This document shows, one piece after another, positions 28,393-43,285 of a DNA stretch of 64,000 nt (position 1 is its first letter; every line of letters starts with the position of its first letter). Origin of the DNA: the human T2T-CHM13v2.0 reference genome, Homo sapiens; assembly GCF_009914755.1 (NCBI RefSeq), contig NC_060941.1. One strand, given 5' to 3'. Both the position numbers and the translations under genes were made by a program. The notes below the pieces were generated by a model. That model searched no databases. It was given only the letters and a program-made list of their open reading frames with translations, and was not told where the DNA came from.

Positions 28393-30399
28393 GTAACCCT
28401 CTCTTATTTCTCTGTGGGATAAAGGGTAGTCGAAAAGCACCACTGTGCGTGGATGGAGTAGAACGGGACCTTAGAAAGGGCACTGACCTCTCGCAAGAGG
28501 CCTTTCCTTAACTTGACACTTGGAATTTTTGTGGTTTACTTCCCCCCCTGCCTGGACTGGCTGTTCACAGAATCTCAAGGCTGTTTCAAAGGCTTTATTT
28601 CATCTGGTCGTCTTAATTCAATGACCTGTGGGAAAGACAGCCTAGGTACACAGCCACCATTTCACTCCTCTTGGAGAAAGCTGTGTATTCCTGAGACCAT
28701 GTAGCTGCCAAGAGAAATGGGGTTTCCCTGCTTCCCCCTGCACACTCATTTTCACTAACAGAGAGTTCAGGCCTGTATGGTGAGTTTCTTTCTGTATTTG
28801 GATTTCTACTGTGACTAGAAAGTCATCACTAGCCTTCTTTGGCTGTGACCGTAGTCAGCCAAATGGGACAATCAGTGTTAAAAAACCAAAGCAGGCATAC
28901 TTCAATCTGAAGGCAGAGGATTTTTTCTTTGAAAGCCTGGAATCTTTGAAAAATTGCATCCAATTTGCATTTTGGGTAATTTTATGGTTTTAGCATTTGT
29001 TTTCAATTCTTGCCTGTTAATATCCTACCTAATAGAATAATAACTATACTGAAATATTTGGCCAGTTGCAAATATCAGGGTTTTTTTTTTTACATCAGTA
29101 ACCTGGGTAATCACACATTTATCTCTTTGACTAGTAATTATTCAAGATTTCAAAAGAGACAACTTTGTCTTTTCTTTAGTGTCATTCAGTAGAAGACACT
29201 ATTAATAAAACATTCTTTACCCCACCTCTTCTTTGGCTGTCTCTCTCAGGGGATGGATAAATGCCTAGTAGGAAGTTATTATCTCAGAGTCCAGGCTTAG
29301 TTAATTCTGAGAGGCTCTTTGGATATACAAATATGGCTATAGATATAAATATGGTTATTGATAGAGCTAGGTAGGCATAATGGCTAGAAGATAATACTAT
29401 ACTACATTTCCCTTCTCCTGGCCAAGATGTGTCCTGGGCCTGGGTTTTGTCTCCTGTCCTCATCTATTAGGAGGATAAATGGCACCTGTGGTGTGAGATG
29501 AATCAGCTGGAGGGAGTCATATTGAATTGGAATCTGTGTCTACCCGGCGAACCTCTGATCAAAGGAGAGGGCTTCTAAGTCTCCTCTTGGGATCTTAAGA
29601 CTCTTTTGCTAGGTCACCTGCCCTTGAGTCTCTGTGGTGGGAGCTGGGAGAGGGGTCTGGGCTAACTCCCAGGTGGACCTTTGGGCTTCTTTCTGCCCTC
29701 TACTGTCCAGCTCCAAGTATAGGTCAGGTAGGGGTGCTTCCTTGCCATGGATAGAGGCGCACCCATGTTGGTTGGTTCTAGCATGGGGTGGCCTGGAAAG
29801 GGGAAGCAAGCTCTGGGGTGGCCAGCTCTGTGGGTGGGACCACGAAGAAGGCTGTAGTCAGTCTTGCCTTTTCCCTGCTTTTCCTAAGGTCCTTTCATCA
29901 TCAGCTTGATAAACATGCTAATATATTACCTGAGACAATTGTTGAAATAAGTGCTGTTATTGGAGCATGTGCTTAAAGGGAACAATTGCCCTTTGTTCAG
30001 CCCCATTCCTGAGGGTGCCTTGTTGGAGATATTTATTCTTGTGGAAGACTAAACCATGAGATGAAGGAATAGAAAAAGAAAGTAGGTTTTTCCCCTAAGT
30101 GAGAAGGTGAAATTGGAGCACATGATTTTTCTTAAGACAGATTATTTCAGCTTAGGCTTCCCAGAGCCCACACCCTGCCCTTGATCTGCGGCTCCCACCC
30201 CAGGTCCTCTCCCAGCCATGCCCTTGGCTTTTGCCACTTCCCACCCGTTTCCTCTCATCTCTGTACTTTTCACATCTGGCCATTAGGTTGGGGGCCAGCT
30301 GCGATGGAACTCACGGCAGGGCTGATTTGTCTCGTGGGGGTGGCGAGGCCCTGAGTGGAGCCAGGTCAGCCCTCATCTCTCTCCTCCCTGCCGCATTAG

Positions 30400-30515
30400 A
30401 TTTGTCACACTCTGACAGAGAAGCTTGTTGCCATGACAATGGGCTCTGGGGCCAAGATGAAGACTTCAGCCAGTGTCAGCGACATCATTGTGGTGGCCAA
30501 GCGGATCAGCCCCAG
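30400..30515 (+). CDS. TMEM98: TMEM98 exon 6: ICHTLTEKLVAMTMGSGAKMKTSASVSDIIVVAKRISP(R)
   Basis: cattag| acceptor, CAG|GTGAGC donor, 116 nt. Confidence 0.97.
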
Positions 30516-31166
30516 GTGAGCAATTGGCGGCTTCGAGGTCCCCACACTCCCTGAGGGAAGAGAGGGGCTGGAAGCTGGGGTAGCCGCAGAGCTGGGCTCT
30601 TCTATAAAATGGTGCACAGGCAACTTCAGCTATTTGTTTCCCACACATTTACAGAGTGACCAGGAGGGTTTAGATACCGAGACTTCTCAGCTAAGGTGGG
30701 CTTCCACCATCCCCACCTGCAGCATGACCCATCTGAGAGGGCTTTGGGGAAGCGCCAGCAGGTGCCTAGTCCTGACCCTGTCCTAGACCCTGCCCTGCAG
30801 AGCCCGTGGCCGCCCCTCTTACCCAGCCACATACCAGCTCCCCTTGACACGCCTTCCTCCCAGGCCAACATGTCACACAGATGCCCACACCCCTGTCTCT
30901 GCCTGAATCTGTGTTGGAGACTAGCTTGGGGGACCCACTCTGGCTGTGCCCACTGCTCCATCCCTGGCCCAGGCCAGCAGCCTCCAGCACTGGGTGGGAG
31001 CTGAAGCCATATGGCATTCAACCTCCCAGATTCCAGGCTAACTGCGAAATCCCGTGTGGGAGGCAACCAGCAGGATTGCAGTCAACAGCTACACCCCCTC
31101 ATTTGGGCTTGATATCGTGAGGAAAAATAAAGCCCTTTTCTTAGAGCCAAGGGCTGTACTAAGTTT

Positions 31167-31186
31167 GTGCTGCCACCTGGTGGCTG
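31167..31186 (-). promoter_or_regulatory. Candidate CTCF site in intron 6
   Basis: Minus strand reads CAGCCACCAGGTGGCAGCAC, a near-consensus CTCF core. Confidence 0.65.
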
Positions 31187-31654
31187 GTATGCCGACGTGC
31201 CTGAGCAGAGGGTCGGGGCCAGGATGTTTTCCACGTCAGCCACCTGGCCCCTCCGCCCACCCGGGAGGGCACCTCTGTATGCCTGCTGAAACAATGGCAC
31301 TGCTGTGAGTTCCAGGGGCCCACACGTTCCTTGTTGCCATGGCCCCAGGTAAATCACGAGGAACCAGCCCTTTCTCTGCCTCAAGATTAACCAAATAAAA
31401 ACGACCAGTTTCCTGAGTTGCCACGTGAGTTCCTCTGAGGGAATACACGACCTGGTCAGCTTGAACTCAGTCCAGGCAGTTCAGTGAGTTGAGAGAGTGG
31501 GAGGGAGATAATCCAGGGAGGGACTCAGCTGAGAACAGTTCCCTGCCTTCTCTGGAATTGCCTCCAGTGGGCTGTAGCCACATGGTCAGCCCCTGGCTTT
31601 ATAAGAACCCACATCCCAGGCTCTGGGTGGGCACTGGGCATTCCTTCCCCATTA

Positions 31655-31958
31655 TTTTATTTATTTATTTATTTTTGAGATGGAATCTTGCTCTGTCACC
31701 CAGGCTGGAGTGCGGTGGTGCGATCTTGGCTCACTACAACCCCCACCTACCGGGTTCAAGCGATTCTCCTGCCTCAGCCCCCTGAGTAGCTGTGATTACA
31801 GGTGCCTGCTACCATGTCTGGCTAATTTTTGTATTTTTAGTAGAGATGGGGTTTCACCATGTTGGCCAGGCTGATCTCAAACTCCTGACCTCAGGTGATC
31901 CTCCTGCCTCAGCCTCCCACAGTGCTGGGATTATAGGTGTGAGCCACCACACCCGGCC
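31655..31958 (-). mobile_element. AluS in intron 6
   Basis: Antisense dimer; TSD tccttccccatta. Confidence 0.95.
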
Positions 31959-33191
31959 TCCTTCCCCATTAGTTTTAAAGATTCTGCACTATGGTATTCA
32001 CTAGACCCTTTGTCATGCTTTTTGTGCCTTCTAAGAGCCACTTAGAGGCCAGGCAGATTCCTGTGATACAGGTTACAAGGCAGCACTTTCAGGAGGTTGA
32101 GGTTTCTGTGTGAGCCTGGGTGAGTAGGATCAGCACGGGTCCTAAGATGAGGGTGTGGCATTGTCCAGAGAGTGGACCTGTTCTGGTGCTCACAGGCCCA
32201 TCCTAAAGAGTACCTTGGACTACTTCTAGAATGCTCCGTGCCATAATTCAGCCAGGGTCCTGCTTTGTCCTTTTGCCCTCACACTTCTTTCTCCTTCTGG
32301 CCATGTTTTGTCCCCATTGTTTTTCCTGCTCCATTTATCCCACACAGTGTGTTGATGGCCTGTGAGTCTCGAGGAGGTGGCTTCAGCTCCAGGGCACTAG
32401 AGAAAGGAGCTGGCTGAGATAGGCGCGGAGGGTGACTGTGTCTCTGCATGTCCTCACCGGCTCCACAGCCGTGAATAAGAGTGTTTGAGGCCATCTTTTT
32501 TTCAAGTGCTTTTAGAAATCAAACAATACATCTTTATTTTTTCTTCCTATCGAGTGTTCATGAGCAAAGATTTGGAGCAAAACCTTGTGCCACGCAAATC
32601 AGAATGAATTGTAGTTCTGAACTTGATTTAAAAAAATTAACCACAGGGTAGAAGAAATCCAGTAGAGCAGTGTGAAGCCAAATGAAACTCATGGCCTTCT
32701 TTTTCGGTGTCTTACATACCTTTAGCTTTGTATTTTTTTTTCCTGAATACAAGAGTAATTAATGCTTATAAAAATGTGAAATACTGCAGACATAGATGAC
32801 CTGGAAAGTCTACTCCCTCCCAATTGTAGGAAAAAACCACTATTAAGTGGTGAGTGTTCCTCCAGATCCTTCCCAACCCCACATTTCAGAGCTTTTGTTT
32901 ATCTATTTTTATGCAAATGACAGATTGAGCTTTACATATTATTTGGCAATTTGCCTTTTTAATATAGTAGTAATCTTGAACATCATTCCATATGTATGAC
33001 TGTATTTTAAAAAACCATTGGAACTGAAACAAAACTAGAAAACAAAGTAGTCTCTGCAAAGACTGAACCTGAAGTCTTTGTGCCTAAGTGTCTGTCTGAG
33101 AATGCAGAAGCAATTGGAGAAAGAACCATTAAAGACCAGGTCTGGAATACCAAAAAAGAAGAACTGGAATAAAGATAGAAAGGAAGGAAGG

Positions 33192-33755
<564 letters not shown>

Positions 33756-34857
33756 TCAGTGAGCGGCGCCTGACTGGGTGATAGAGGCCAGTCCTCTCCT
33801 GAAACCCAGGAGAAGAAAGAGGCAGTCTTAGATTTTAAATTGTTATGATTAGACTTCCGGCCATGTTACATCCTAACTGTGCCTTCCCTTCTACCTTTTC
33901 CCCTTTCCCCCTCTGATTTTTGTACCCCAGAAGCAGACATGCCTTAGCTGTGAGTGCCACCCAGTTGGGCGGTGGGGCAGTGGTTCCCAGAGCAGTGAGA
34001 ATGGAGGTGACAGGTCAGCCACAGCTGTGCTCACCTGCCACCAGACATGCGCATACACAGAGTGTACTTAGCCCTATGAAATTGTTATGTTCCTATACCA
34101 GATGCAACCCATTTAAGAAATATAGATTCTTTCGTGCCTTGGATTTATATGACTGTGTCATACACATGTAACAGTTGCCAGATCGGCAGTGGGTCACAGC
34201 GCTTCAGCTTTGGTTTCTCTGCCCCACTCCTACTGCTGCCGAGCTTTGTCCGTGGGTTAATAATCTGTAATGTATTCTCAAATGCATCATGGTACTAACC
34301 ATATAAAAGGTATTCTACAGTGAATCTTTCAGCACTGAAAAATCTACTCCTCACTTTGGTTTTCAGTTACATTTTTTTTTTTGAGTTGGATAAACCAGCC
34401 CTGGGCCTTACCAATTTGTAATCAATAAGGAATGTTTAAGTGAGGGTGTGTCTGTCCTATGTTTCAGTGGGCAGCGGTTGGGGAATATGCTCATCTGATT
34501 GACTATATCTGAACTGTTTCACAAAGCGCTCTTTGGGGAGATGTTAATAGGTGTGCTGCAGAAAATGGCTTCCACAGTCTTAAATAAGCTTGTGAGAGAC
34601 AGCCTGTTATATTCTCCTTGGAGCTTTACCAGGTACATCTCAGAAGGCTCTGAGGCAGGCTTCAGTTAACCATGTTTAACCCAGCCATCTCCAAATTTAT
34701 TTGAGCATGGAGCCAACTTTAAATTGCATACCTACCAACATCCTAGGGAAGGGTGTGCAGTTTGGGGAATACTAGTCAAAAAGTCTATCTATTTGGGCTT
34801 TTGTGCAAAGTCCCTCATTTCCTAGGAAACCTGACCCTATTTTCTTTTTTTCCCTAG

Positions 34858-35065
34858 GACGACTGCCCTGCTCCTGTCTGTCAGTCACCTGGTGCTGGTG
34901 ACAAGGAATGCCTGCCATCTGACGGGAGGCCTGGACTGGATTGACCAGTCTCTGTCGGCTGCTGAGGAGCATTTGGAAGTCCTTCGAGAAGCAGCCCTAG
35001 CTTCTGAGCCAGATAAAGGCCTCCCAGGCCCTGAAGGCTTCCTGCAGGAGCAGTCTGCAATTTAG
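34858..35065 (+). CDS. TMEM98: TMEM98 last coding exon: TTALLLSVSHLVLVTRNACHLTGGLDWIDQSLSAAEEHLEVLREAALASEPDKGLPGPEGFLQEQSAI*
   Basis: Polypyrimidine tract and ccctag| acceptor; TAG at 35063-35065. Exon sum 131+132+34+116+60+208 = 681 nt. Confidence 0.97.
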
Positions 35066-35693
35066 TGCCTACAGGCCAGCAGCTAGCCATGAAGGCCCCT
35101 GCCGCCATCCCTGGATGGCTCAGCTTAGCCTTCTACTTTTTCCTATAGAGTTAGTTGTTCTCCACGGCTGGAGAGTTCAGCTGTGTGTGCATAGTAAAGC
35201 AGGAGATCCCCGTCAGTTTATGCCTCTTTTGCAGTTGCAAACTGTGGCTGGTGAGTGGCAGTCTAATACTACAGTTAGGGGAGATGCCATTCACTCTCTG
35301 CAAGAGGAGTATTGAAAACTGGTGGACTGTCAGCTTTATTTAGCTCACCTAGTGTTTTCAAGAAAATTGAGCCACCGTCTAAGAAATCAAGAGGTTTCAC
35401 ATTAAAATTAGAATTTCTGGCCTCTCTCGATCGGTCAGAATGTGTGGCAATTCTGATCTGCATTTTCAGAAGAGGACAATCAATTGAAACTAAGTAGGGG
35501 TTTCTTCTTTTGGCAAGACTTGTACTCTCTCACCTGGCCTGTTTCATTTATTTGTATTATCTGCCTGGTCCCTGAGGCGTCTGGGTCTCTCCTCTCCCTT
35601 GCAGGTTTGGGTTTGAAGCTGAGGAACTACAAAGTTGATGATTTCTTTTTTATCTTTATGCCTGCAATTTTACCTAGCTACCACTAGGTGGAT

Positions 35694-35720
35694 AGTAAAT
35701 TTATACTTATGTTTCCCTCA
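35694..35720 (+). terminator. TMEM98: Proximal TMEM98 poly(A) signal (variant AGTAAA) and likely cleavage region
   Basis: AGTAAA at 35694-35699, CA near 35719, then GT-rich gtgtgtagttattg. Confidence 0.6.
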
Positions 35721-35732
35721 AGTGTGTAGTTA

Positions 35733-36199
<467 letters not shown>

Positions 36200-38369
36200 T
36201 TAACAATAGCAATGACTTGAACGATGTGTTCCCCCTTTCTTCTGATATTAATATCTGTTCATTTTGCAAACATTGAAAGATTATGAAAGCTATGACCCAG
36301 AATCACAATTATATAATTTGGATACATACCCAAATGGCATAATTTCTGTCATAAGCCTGTAGGAAAAGCTTGAGTTCTTCACTTCTCAGATTCTCAGAGC
36401 CAGCTTGCTCTTGGGAGAGGGGCCCGGTATAGGGGCTGCCCAGGTTCGTAGCCTATGCTGTCAAGCATGTTTGGAGTTGCACATCTGTTCCCATGTCATT
36501 TTCTCTGTCTAACTGAAGTCAGAAAATTCCTCAGCTGGATTCTGGGGAACCAGGAACCCATATTCCCAAATCCAAGATTGGGACCTGGTTTGTCTTTCCA
36601 TTTGGGCACATTTCATTCTTTCCAGGAAAACAGGCCACTTCCAACCTGCACAATGTACACCAAACCACAGAACCACAGCTGGGATATGGAGTCAGGAGAG
36701 GGAAGCTGGAGCTCAACTCTCATGGACTAAAGGATGGATTCTGGATGGGCTCCAGGGGACACCTTATTGGATTGGTGGCTTCCATCAACTCTTAAAAACG
36801 TTAAGTGGTGAACTTTCCCGTCCTGTCAAGCTGTGAATGGGGAATGTATACAAAGTCACTTTGACTTTTCTATTTGAGGCCTCCACAGTAAACATCCAGA
36901 GTCATCCTATTTTTGTCTTTTTACCTCCCTTTCAGAACCTGTTTTCGTAATTAGACTGGAAAGCAATTCATGCTAAGTTTGCAATGGCTGCCACAGTTGT
37001 AAGTGTCCCCTGCATTTTAACCTGCACTAGAGCCCTAAGCCACAGAGAAGCAGTTCTGAATTGGTATCTCAAATACCATCCACCTGGTGTGGGTCTGCAG
37101 GGTGGAGAGCTTTCCCAGCACCCCTGAAGCAATGCCCAATGTCGATTACCTTCTCTGAGTCCTGGCAAGTCCTGGCACATTGGCTTTCTGGATCCCTTAG
37201 ATGCTGCCCTTTCTGTTGTGAGGAGAGGTTGCCGAAGATATTGGAGGTGTCTGCTGGACTGTAGGATTTCTGATCCCACTGCTGTGTAGTTTTTTTTTCT
37301 AGTGCTGGACAAGTAAGAAGCCTCTGGATAAATTTGGTGTTGGTGGCTGATGGTTGAAGTGGAAGCAGTCTTTGGGGTAGGAGGCAATGCCACTCCTCTA
37401 GGCCCTTCGGGAGTTGGCTGAAGTTACTTCCTCCCTTGGAAGGGGCTGGTTAGTGAGTGCCAGGGATCTCAGGACTGTCTCTGTGCCAGGTGTGGTTTCC
37501 CAGGCAACAGACACATTCCTAAGTGCCTAGTTCTCTAGCGTCTGTATACATGGTAGTAGAGCCTTCCTTCCATGTCTCTCTTCCCTCTGGCCTGGAATAG
37601 GAGCATTAGACTCAAATTCTGATGAAAAAGAAATTACTTGGAGATAGAGATTCAATGTGAAGAGAACAAGATATTTGAAGTCAGAATTAGGTTTGAATTT
37701 GGGCTCAGTGACTTACAGTGTGAGCTTGGTCAAGTTCTTAACATTCTGGTCCTTAGCATTCTCATCTGTATGGTCAAGGCTATTGTCATTGGGTTGGTAT
37801 GTCAACAAGCAAAACGGTATGTGTGAGCTGCCCAATTGTGGGCCTGGTTCTGATTAGCCAATGTTAACACCCTTCTCTCCACAGCTTCCCATTCTCTGAT
37901 GCCGCTGACCCAGATGGCGTCACCTCAGTTACCATGGCTTGGTCCAAGCAGTGACTTCTGTTCATGGGCTCTGGAATTGAGTGGCCAAAAATCTGGAATC
38001 CCTACAGTAGGGAGAGTAGCCTTGTCCCTGCCCCACTACAAGTCTGTTCATATGAAGACATACAAAGCCGTCGCCTCTAATCAGTGTTCAAAGGGTCGAT
38101 TGTGCAACTCACATTCCTCCAGAGAAATTCCCCCAGCTTGTGAGATCTCCAAGAGGGAACACGTATTCCTGGCATCCAACTTCCCCTGGTGCTCCCCCTG
38201 ACCTGCCTCATTCCAGGAGTTCCCTCTCCAGAGACCCTGTGTGCCCACACGAGCAGACTTTTAGAAAATGGCCTACAGTTCAAAGGCCCTGCATTGCTTT
38301 ATGGCCTTGGAAATGTGGGGAAAGTGTCAGATGAAGAATTTCTATCCTCCTCACCTCCTCCCTGTCTCC

Positions 38370-38375
38370 AATAAA
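38370..38375 (+). terminator. TMEM98: Candidate distal poly(A) signal AATAAA
   Basis: First canonical AATAAA I could find downstream of the stop codon. Confidence 0.5.
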
Positions 38376-38640
38376 TGCATACCAAGAGCTTTCTGTGGAA
38401 GAGGGTTCGTGCTAGATGCTGGAGCTATGAAACAAAAGGCACAATCCCTGCCCTTAAGGAGCGATAGAGAAATGAGCAACTGCTGGAGCCATGACTGTAG
38501 CCAGTGCTGTGATGGAGGGGACCACAAGAGGGACTGTGGGCACACAGAGAAGGGACAGGGCAGGGGTGGGGTTGAAATAGGGCAGAGCTGCTGCCTGAAT
38601 GGAGACTTGACAAAGAAGGAGTCAGGCATCAGAACAGAAA

Positions 38641-38770
38641 ATGGTCCCAGCTACTCAGGTGGCAGGGGCAGGAGGATCGCTTGAGCCTGGGTTGGGTGGA
38701 GGCTGCAGTGAATCTTGATAGAGCCACTGCACTCTAGCTTGGGCAACAGAGCAAGACCCTGTCTCAAAAC
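38641..38770 (+). mobile_element. Alu right-arm fragment with CA-repeat tail
   Basis: gtcccagctactcagg...gcaggaggatcgcttgagcc...gaccctgtctcaaaac. Confidence 0.8.
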
Positions 38771-40709
38771 ACACACATGTACACACACACAGAAAGTGCC
38801 GGGGGAAATAATATGGTTGTGCTGTGTTTGTTCTGGTGGGTCTTACTGTGTTTCTATGAGAAAGGCTGATGAGCAATTTTCAGAATTTGAGGCAAAACTG
38901 GTTCTTCCTGTTTCATCCTATTTGTATTTTTATTATCCCAATTTTGCAGGTAAGGAGACCAAAGCAGAAAGATCAGTAACCCTCCTGGAGTCTCACAATT
39001 AATATGAATCAGAGCAGGATCTTCAACTCCTCAACTTGTGTTTTTAACTGGCACATCTTCCTGCCTGGGTGCAGCAGGTGGGAAATCCATCATGGAAAGG
39101 AAAGAACAGACATGAGAGTCATTCCATTCTCTTCCAGTTCAAATCTTTTTTTGTGAAAAAAATGGTAGTTGTGACCCATGAATTAATTTCACGGCCCACT
39201 AATTGGTTACAACCCACAGGATGATAGAACATAGGTACTAAAATGAGGGCTGGGGCATGGGTGAGGTATTTCCTCTCCTTCCAAAATGACTTAATTTTAT
39301 CCATTTAAAATAAAATTTGCATTTACCAGAATAGTGGCAAAAATTTATTGTGCAGAATAGAATAATTGATTTATTACATGAATGATTAGTTCAAGAGTCA
39401 TCTGTTGAGCATCTGCACTGGATTAGGCCCAGAGATGCATGAATGAATAAAAAGATAATGCCTCTCTTGAGGTGCATATAATCTAAGGTGGAAAGAAAAC
39501 CATAAAGAGTCATTTTCAATACAGTGTGGTAAGGGCTAAGGGAGGGAATGTGTGTGTGATGACAGCGCAGAGCAGGACCACCAAACCCAGGTCATGAGAG
39601 TTTCCTAAAGGTGGTTACATCTCAGAATAGTCTGTCGAGGAGTAGGTGTTAGGAGAAGACAGGGTGGGGTTGGGAAGGTGGAAGTGGAGGACAGAGCATC
39701 CAGGTAGGGCCATCTTGCAGACATGACATTCCATGCCATGCTCAGGACATGTTAGCTGGTTCAGTACTGTGAGTGTCAGGTGGGAGCTGTGGCATGGTAG
39801 GAGGTAAGCCTGGGGAAGAAGGTGAGGATGAGACTCTGGAGAGTCTCATAGGCCTTGCTGAGGTCTTTGGACTTTTTCTCTAGGTGATAGGGGGCAATTG
39901 AATGTTGAAAATTGTTTTCTTATTTTTTTCCTGGGGCATTAGCAATTGATCACTGCACCCTCACCAGCCTTTAATGTTTTCCTAATTTGATAGGTGAACA
40001 ATGGCCTAGCATTGTGTTAATTTGCATTTCCCTGACTACTGGTGCAGTTAGACATTTTTTTTTCAGGTGTTTATTAGCTATTTGTACATATTCATGCCCT
40101 TTGCCCATTTTTCTACTGGGATTTTAGTATTCTTATTGACTTATATGAGCTCTTTATATATTAAATATAACAACCCTTTGTCATATTTATTGCATATATT
40201 TTCACCCAGCTTTGTCATTTGCTTTTTAGTTTTGTTTACAATGGTTTCTGATGTCCAGAAGTTTCAAATTTTGTGTAGTCAAATTTATTGATTTTCTTTT
40301 TGTTAGTTATTCCTTCCATTGCTTTTATACTTTCTTATCTAGAGATCAAATAAATATTGAGAGCTGGAGCTATGGAACAAAAGGCACATAATAATATTCA
40401 CATGTTAGGTGTAGTGGCAGAAAAAAACAACAGGGTAGAAAAAACCCAAACCTTCCTTTATCCACCCCAAATCCACCCCAATCCACCCAAATCCTGTGGG
40501 AACAGTCACAGGTCAAAGAAATAGACAAGAATGGTGAGGAGAGGAAGGGAACACCTTGAAGGACGAGTAGGAGCTGGTCAGGCATACAGGGTGTGTGGGA
40601 GTAGCACAGAAAGGAAGCTGCATGTCCCAAGGTAGAGGATGAAGAGACAAGCATGTCTGAGTGCGGGGGATGCAGGGCAGAGAAAAGCCACACAATTTCT
40701 GCTCTCATG

Positions 40710-41710
40710 AGATTGTAGTCTGGTGAGGAAAGACATACATTAAACAAAATGTTGCTTAAATAAATGTAAAATGAAAACTTTAAAAGTGTTGTAAGAAAAT
40801 AATTTGAATCTTATGAGAGATTATAAGGGAAACTGATCTATCTAGATGTCAAGGAAGGCTTCCAGTAAGAGGATCTTTGATATACTATCTGGAGGATAAG
40901 TAGGAGTCCAGAGGTGAAGAAGTGGATGTACGAGAAACTGTACGTGTAAAGGCCCTTTGGCAGAAGGACAAGAACTGAGACCAGGCCAGTGTGACTGAAG
41001 AGCAGAGCAGACAGGGAAGAAGGCCAGGTGAAAATGGGGGAGGGACTGAATCATGCCAGACATTGCAGGCCATGTGAAGGACTTTGGTCTTTCTCTGAAG
41101 AGTGATGAGAACCCATTCAAATGGTTTATTCAGATCTGGTGGGTTTTGATTAGAGGTGGAGACATAATCAGATTTGTATTTTGAGAAGATCCTTTTGCCT
41201 TCTACGTGGAGAACCAATAGGAGGAGGCTGGAGCAGATAGGAGCTGCCTGATGCTGCTGCAGCAGTCTAGGTGAGAGATGATGGTAGCTTGGTCTAGGCA
41301 GGGAGAGGAAGATGGAAAGGGGAGTGGAGCATTTGAGAAATGTTTAGGAAGTAAAATAAATAGAATTTGGGTGGATTGGATATGGGACAGTGATGCAAGA
41401 TAATAGCGTGCCAAGAAAGACTCCTAGGTTTCAAGTTTGCACACTTATATGGGGGTGACAGTTTGGGGCTAGGGGTCACTGGTACAGGAAGCACCAGAAG
41501 AGGATCAGGTTTGGGGACGAGTTTAAAGTCATCCGTTTTGGAGTTGAAGAGTTTGCGGTGCATTTGAGATATCTGAGTTGAGTTAGAGATATAATGGTTG
41601 GAGCTCAGAAAAGACTGGGCTGAAGGCTTTTCATTAAGTTATTAAGAGAGTTTTGGCCATGGGTGCAATCCTAGGGAGAGAGTGTGGAGTGAAAATTGCA
41701 GAGGGGTGTG
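40710..41710. mobile_element. L2 LINE fragment
   Basis: ggccatgtgaaggactttggtctttctctgaagagtgatgagaacccatt; gcagcagtctaggtgagagatgatggtagcttgg. Boundaries approximate. Confidence 0.7.
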
Positions 41711-42085
41711 AGATACTCTTAACATCGAATATGATACTGGGCCAGTTCAAAGCTCTGTACTGTTATGTTGATGGCTAAATGAAATTGCATATGCCCAGTT
41801 CCTGGCACACAGTAGGCACTCAGTAAATATTAAATATATCTCCTTTTTCTCCTTTGTTTCTCTGCTCCCTTTATTCTATTTCTCTCTCTTTTCTGGCTCT
41901 ATGTATTACAGCCAGAGACTCAAGCTGACTTCTTTCAACTTCCCCAGGGTACCTAGTGCACAAACCTGGCATACATCGCTCTCCTCCAAGACCCAGCCTG
42001 GGAGAGCCTACCTCTTGAGAGCTGTCTCAAGCTGAAGTAAGTTTAGTTACCAATGATCAGCGCTCAGAGAGCCAGTTTTTTTTTT

Positions 42086-42443
42086 TCCTTCCCTTCCTTC
42101 CTTCCTTCCTTCCTTCCTTCCTTCCTTCCTTCCTTCCTTTCATTTGTTCTTTTTTCTAGATGGGATCTCACTCTGTTACCCAGGCTAGAGTGCAGTGGCA
42201 TGATCTCTCAGCTCACTGCAACCTCCGCCTCCTGGGCTCAATCAATCCTCCCACCTCAGCCTCCTGTGTAACTGGGACTACAGGTGCATGCCACCACACC
42301 TGGCTAATTTCTGTATTTTTTTTTGTAGATATGGGGTTTTACCATGTTGCCCGGGCTGGTCTCAAACTCCTGAGCTCAAGCGATCTGCCCACCTTGGCTT
42401 CCCAAAGTGCTGGGATTACAGGCATGAGCCACTGCCCCTGTCC
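42086..42443 (-). mobile_element. AluJ with a (TTCC)n microsatellite at its tail
   Basis: (TTCC)n at 42086-42140, then an antisense Alu. Confidence 0.9.
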
Positions 42444-43285
42444 GAGAGCTAATTTTCTTAAGACACACAGCAACTTCTACTGGATGATCGCACCTTAGAA
42501 TGATAATTATGTCACCTTGCATTTCCAGAACATTTTGTATTTTTTCAGAGAGTTTTCACAGTGATTATCTCAGTTGTTCATCAAAGGATTTTTCATTATG
42601 AACTGCATTTGCATATTTTATTTACCTATAATCCTTTCCCCGCTGCTGAAACAATAGCATTCTGAGCAAACATGCATATGGCTAACAAATCCACTCTTAT
42701 TCATAAGATTTCTTTTTCTTGTTTTCCCATTTTATTTTTAAATCATGATTTTTATCTTCCAGGCCATATTCTTTCACACATTTTTGTTATTCTCAAACTC
42801 ATGATTTCATTCTTTCTCTTCTGATTTGGCACGTGCCCTCTTCATCTCCTCTCACCGACGAGGGTTCTGGCCCCTAACGCCCATTGTTCCAGTACATTCA
42901 GAGACTCACGTTTCTGACTCCTCTCCACCTCATTCCTCTCTGAGGCAAGTGCTGTTTATTCTGCATCGAAGCTTCATATTACCTTTAACTAGAGATTTGT
43001 TATGCAAGACAACCTCATGATCGTGCAGCCTCATGCAGATTTTTCCTTTGCCCTGGCATCTTGAAGATTCTTTTTTGCTTCTCAAATCACATCTTTTTTT
43101 CCCATTCTTCATGACACTTTCCTGATTTCCCTTTCTGTATTCTTGATCTTTATCTTCTGCTATCTGAATTCATCATCTCAGCAAACATGTGTCAAGCAAC
43201 TACTATGAACCAGGCTCTGTGCTGGGCTCTGGGGATTCAAAAACCCATGACCTGATCTTGACCTTGAAGTATTCACAGCCTGCAA

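Noticed and set aside
34958-34975. Possible nanophthalmos alleles at A193 or H196
   Set aside because: Codons read GCT GCT GAG GAG CAT, the normal AAEEH sequence.
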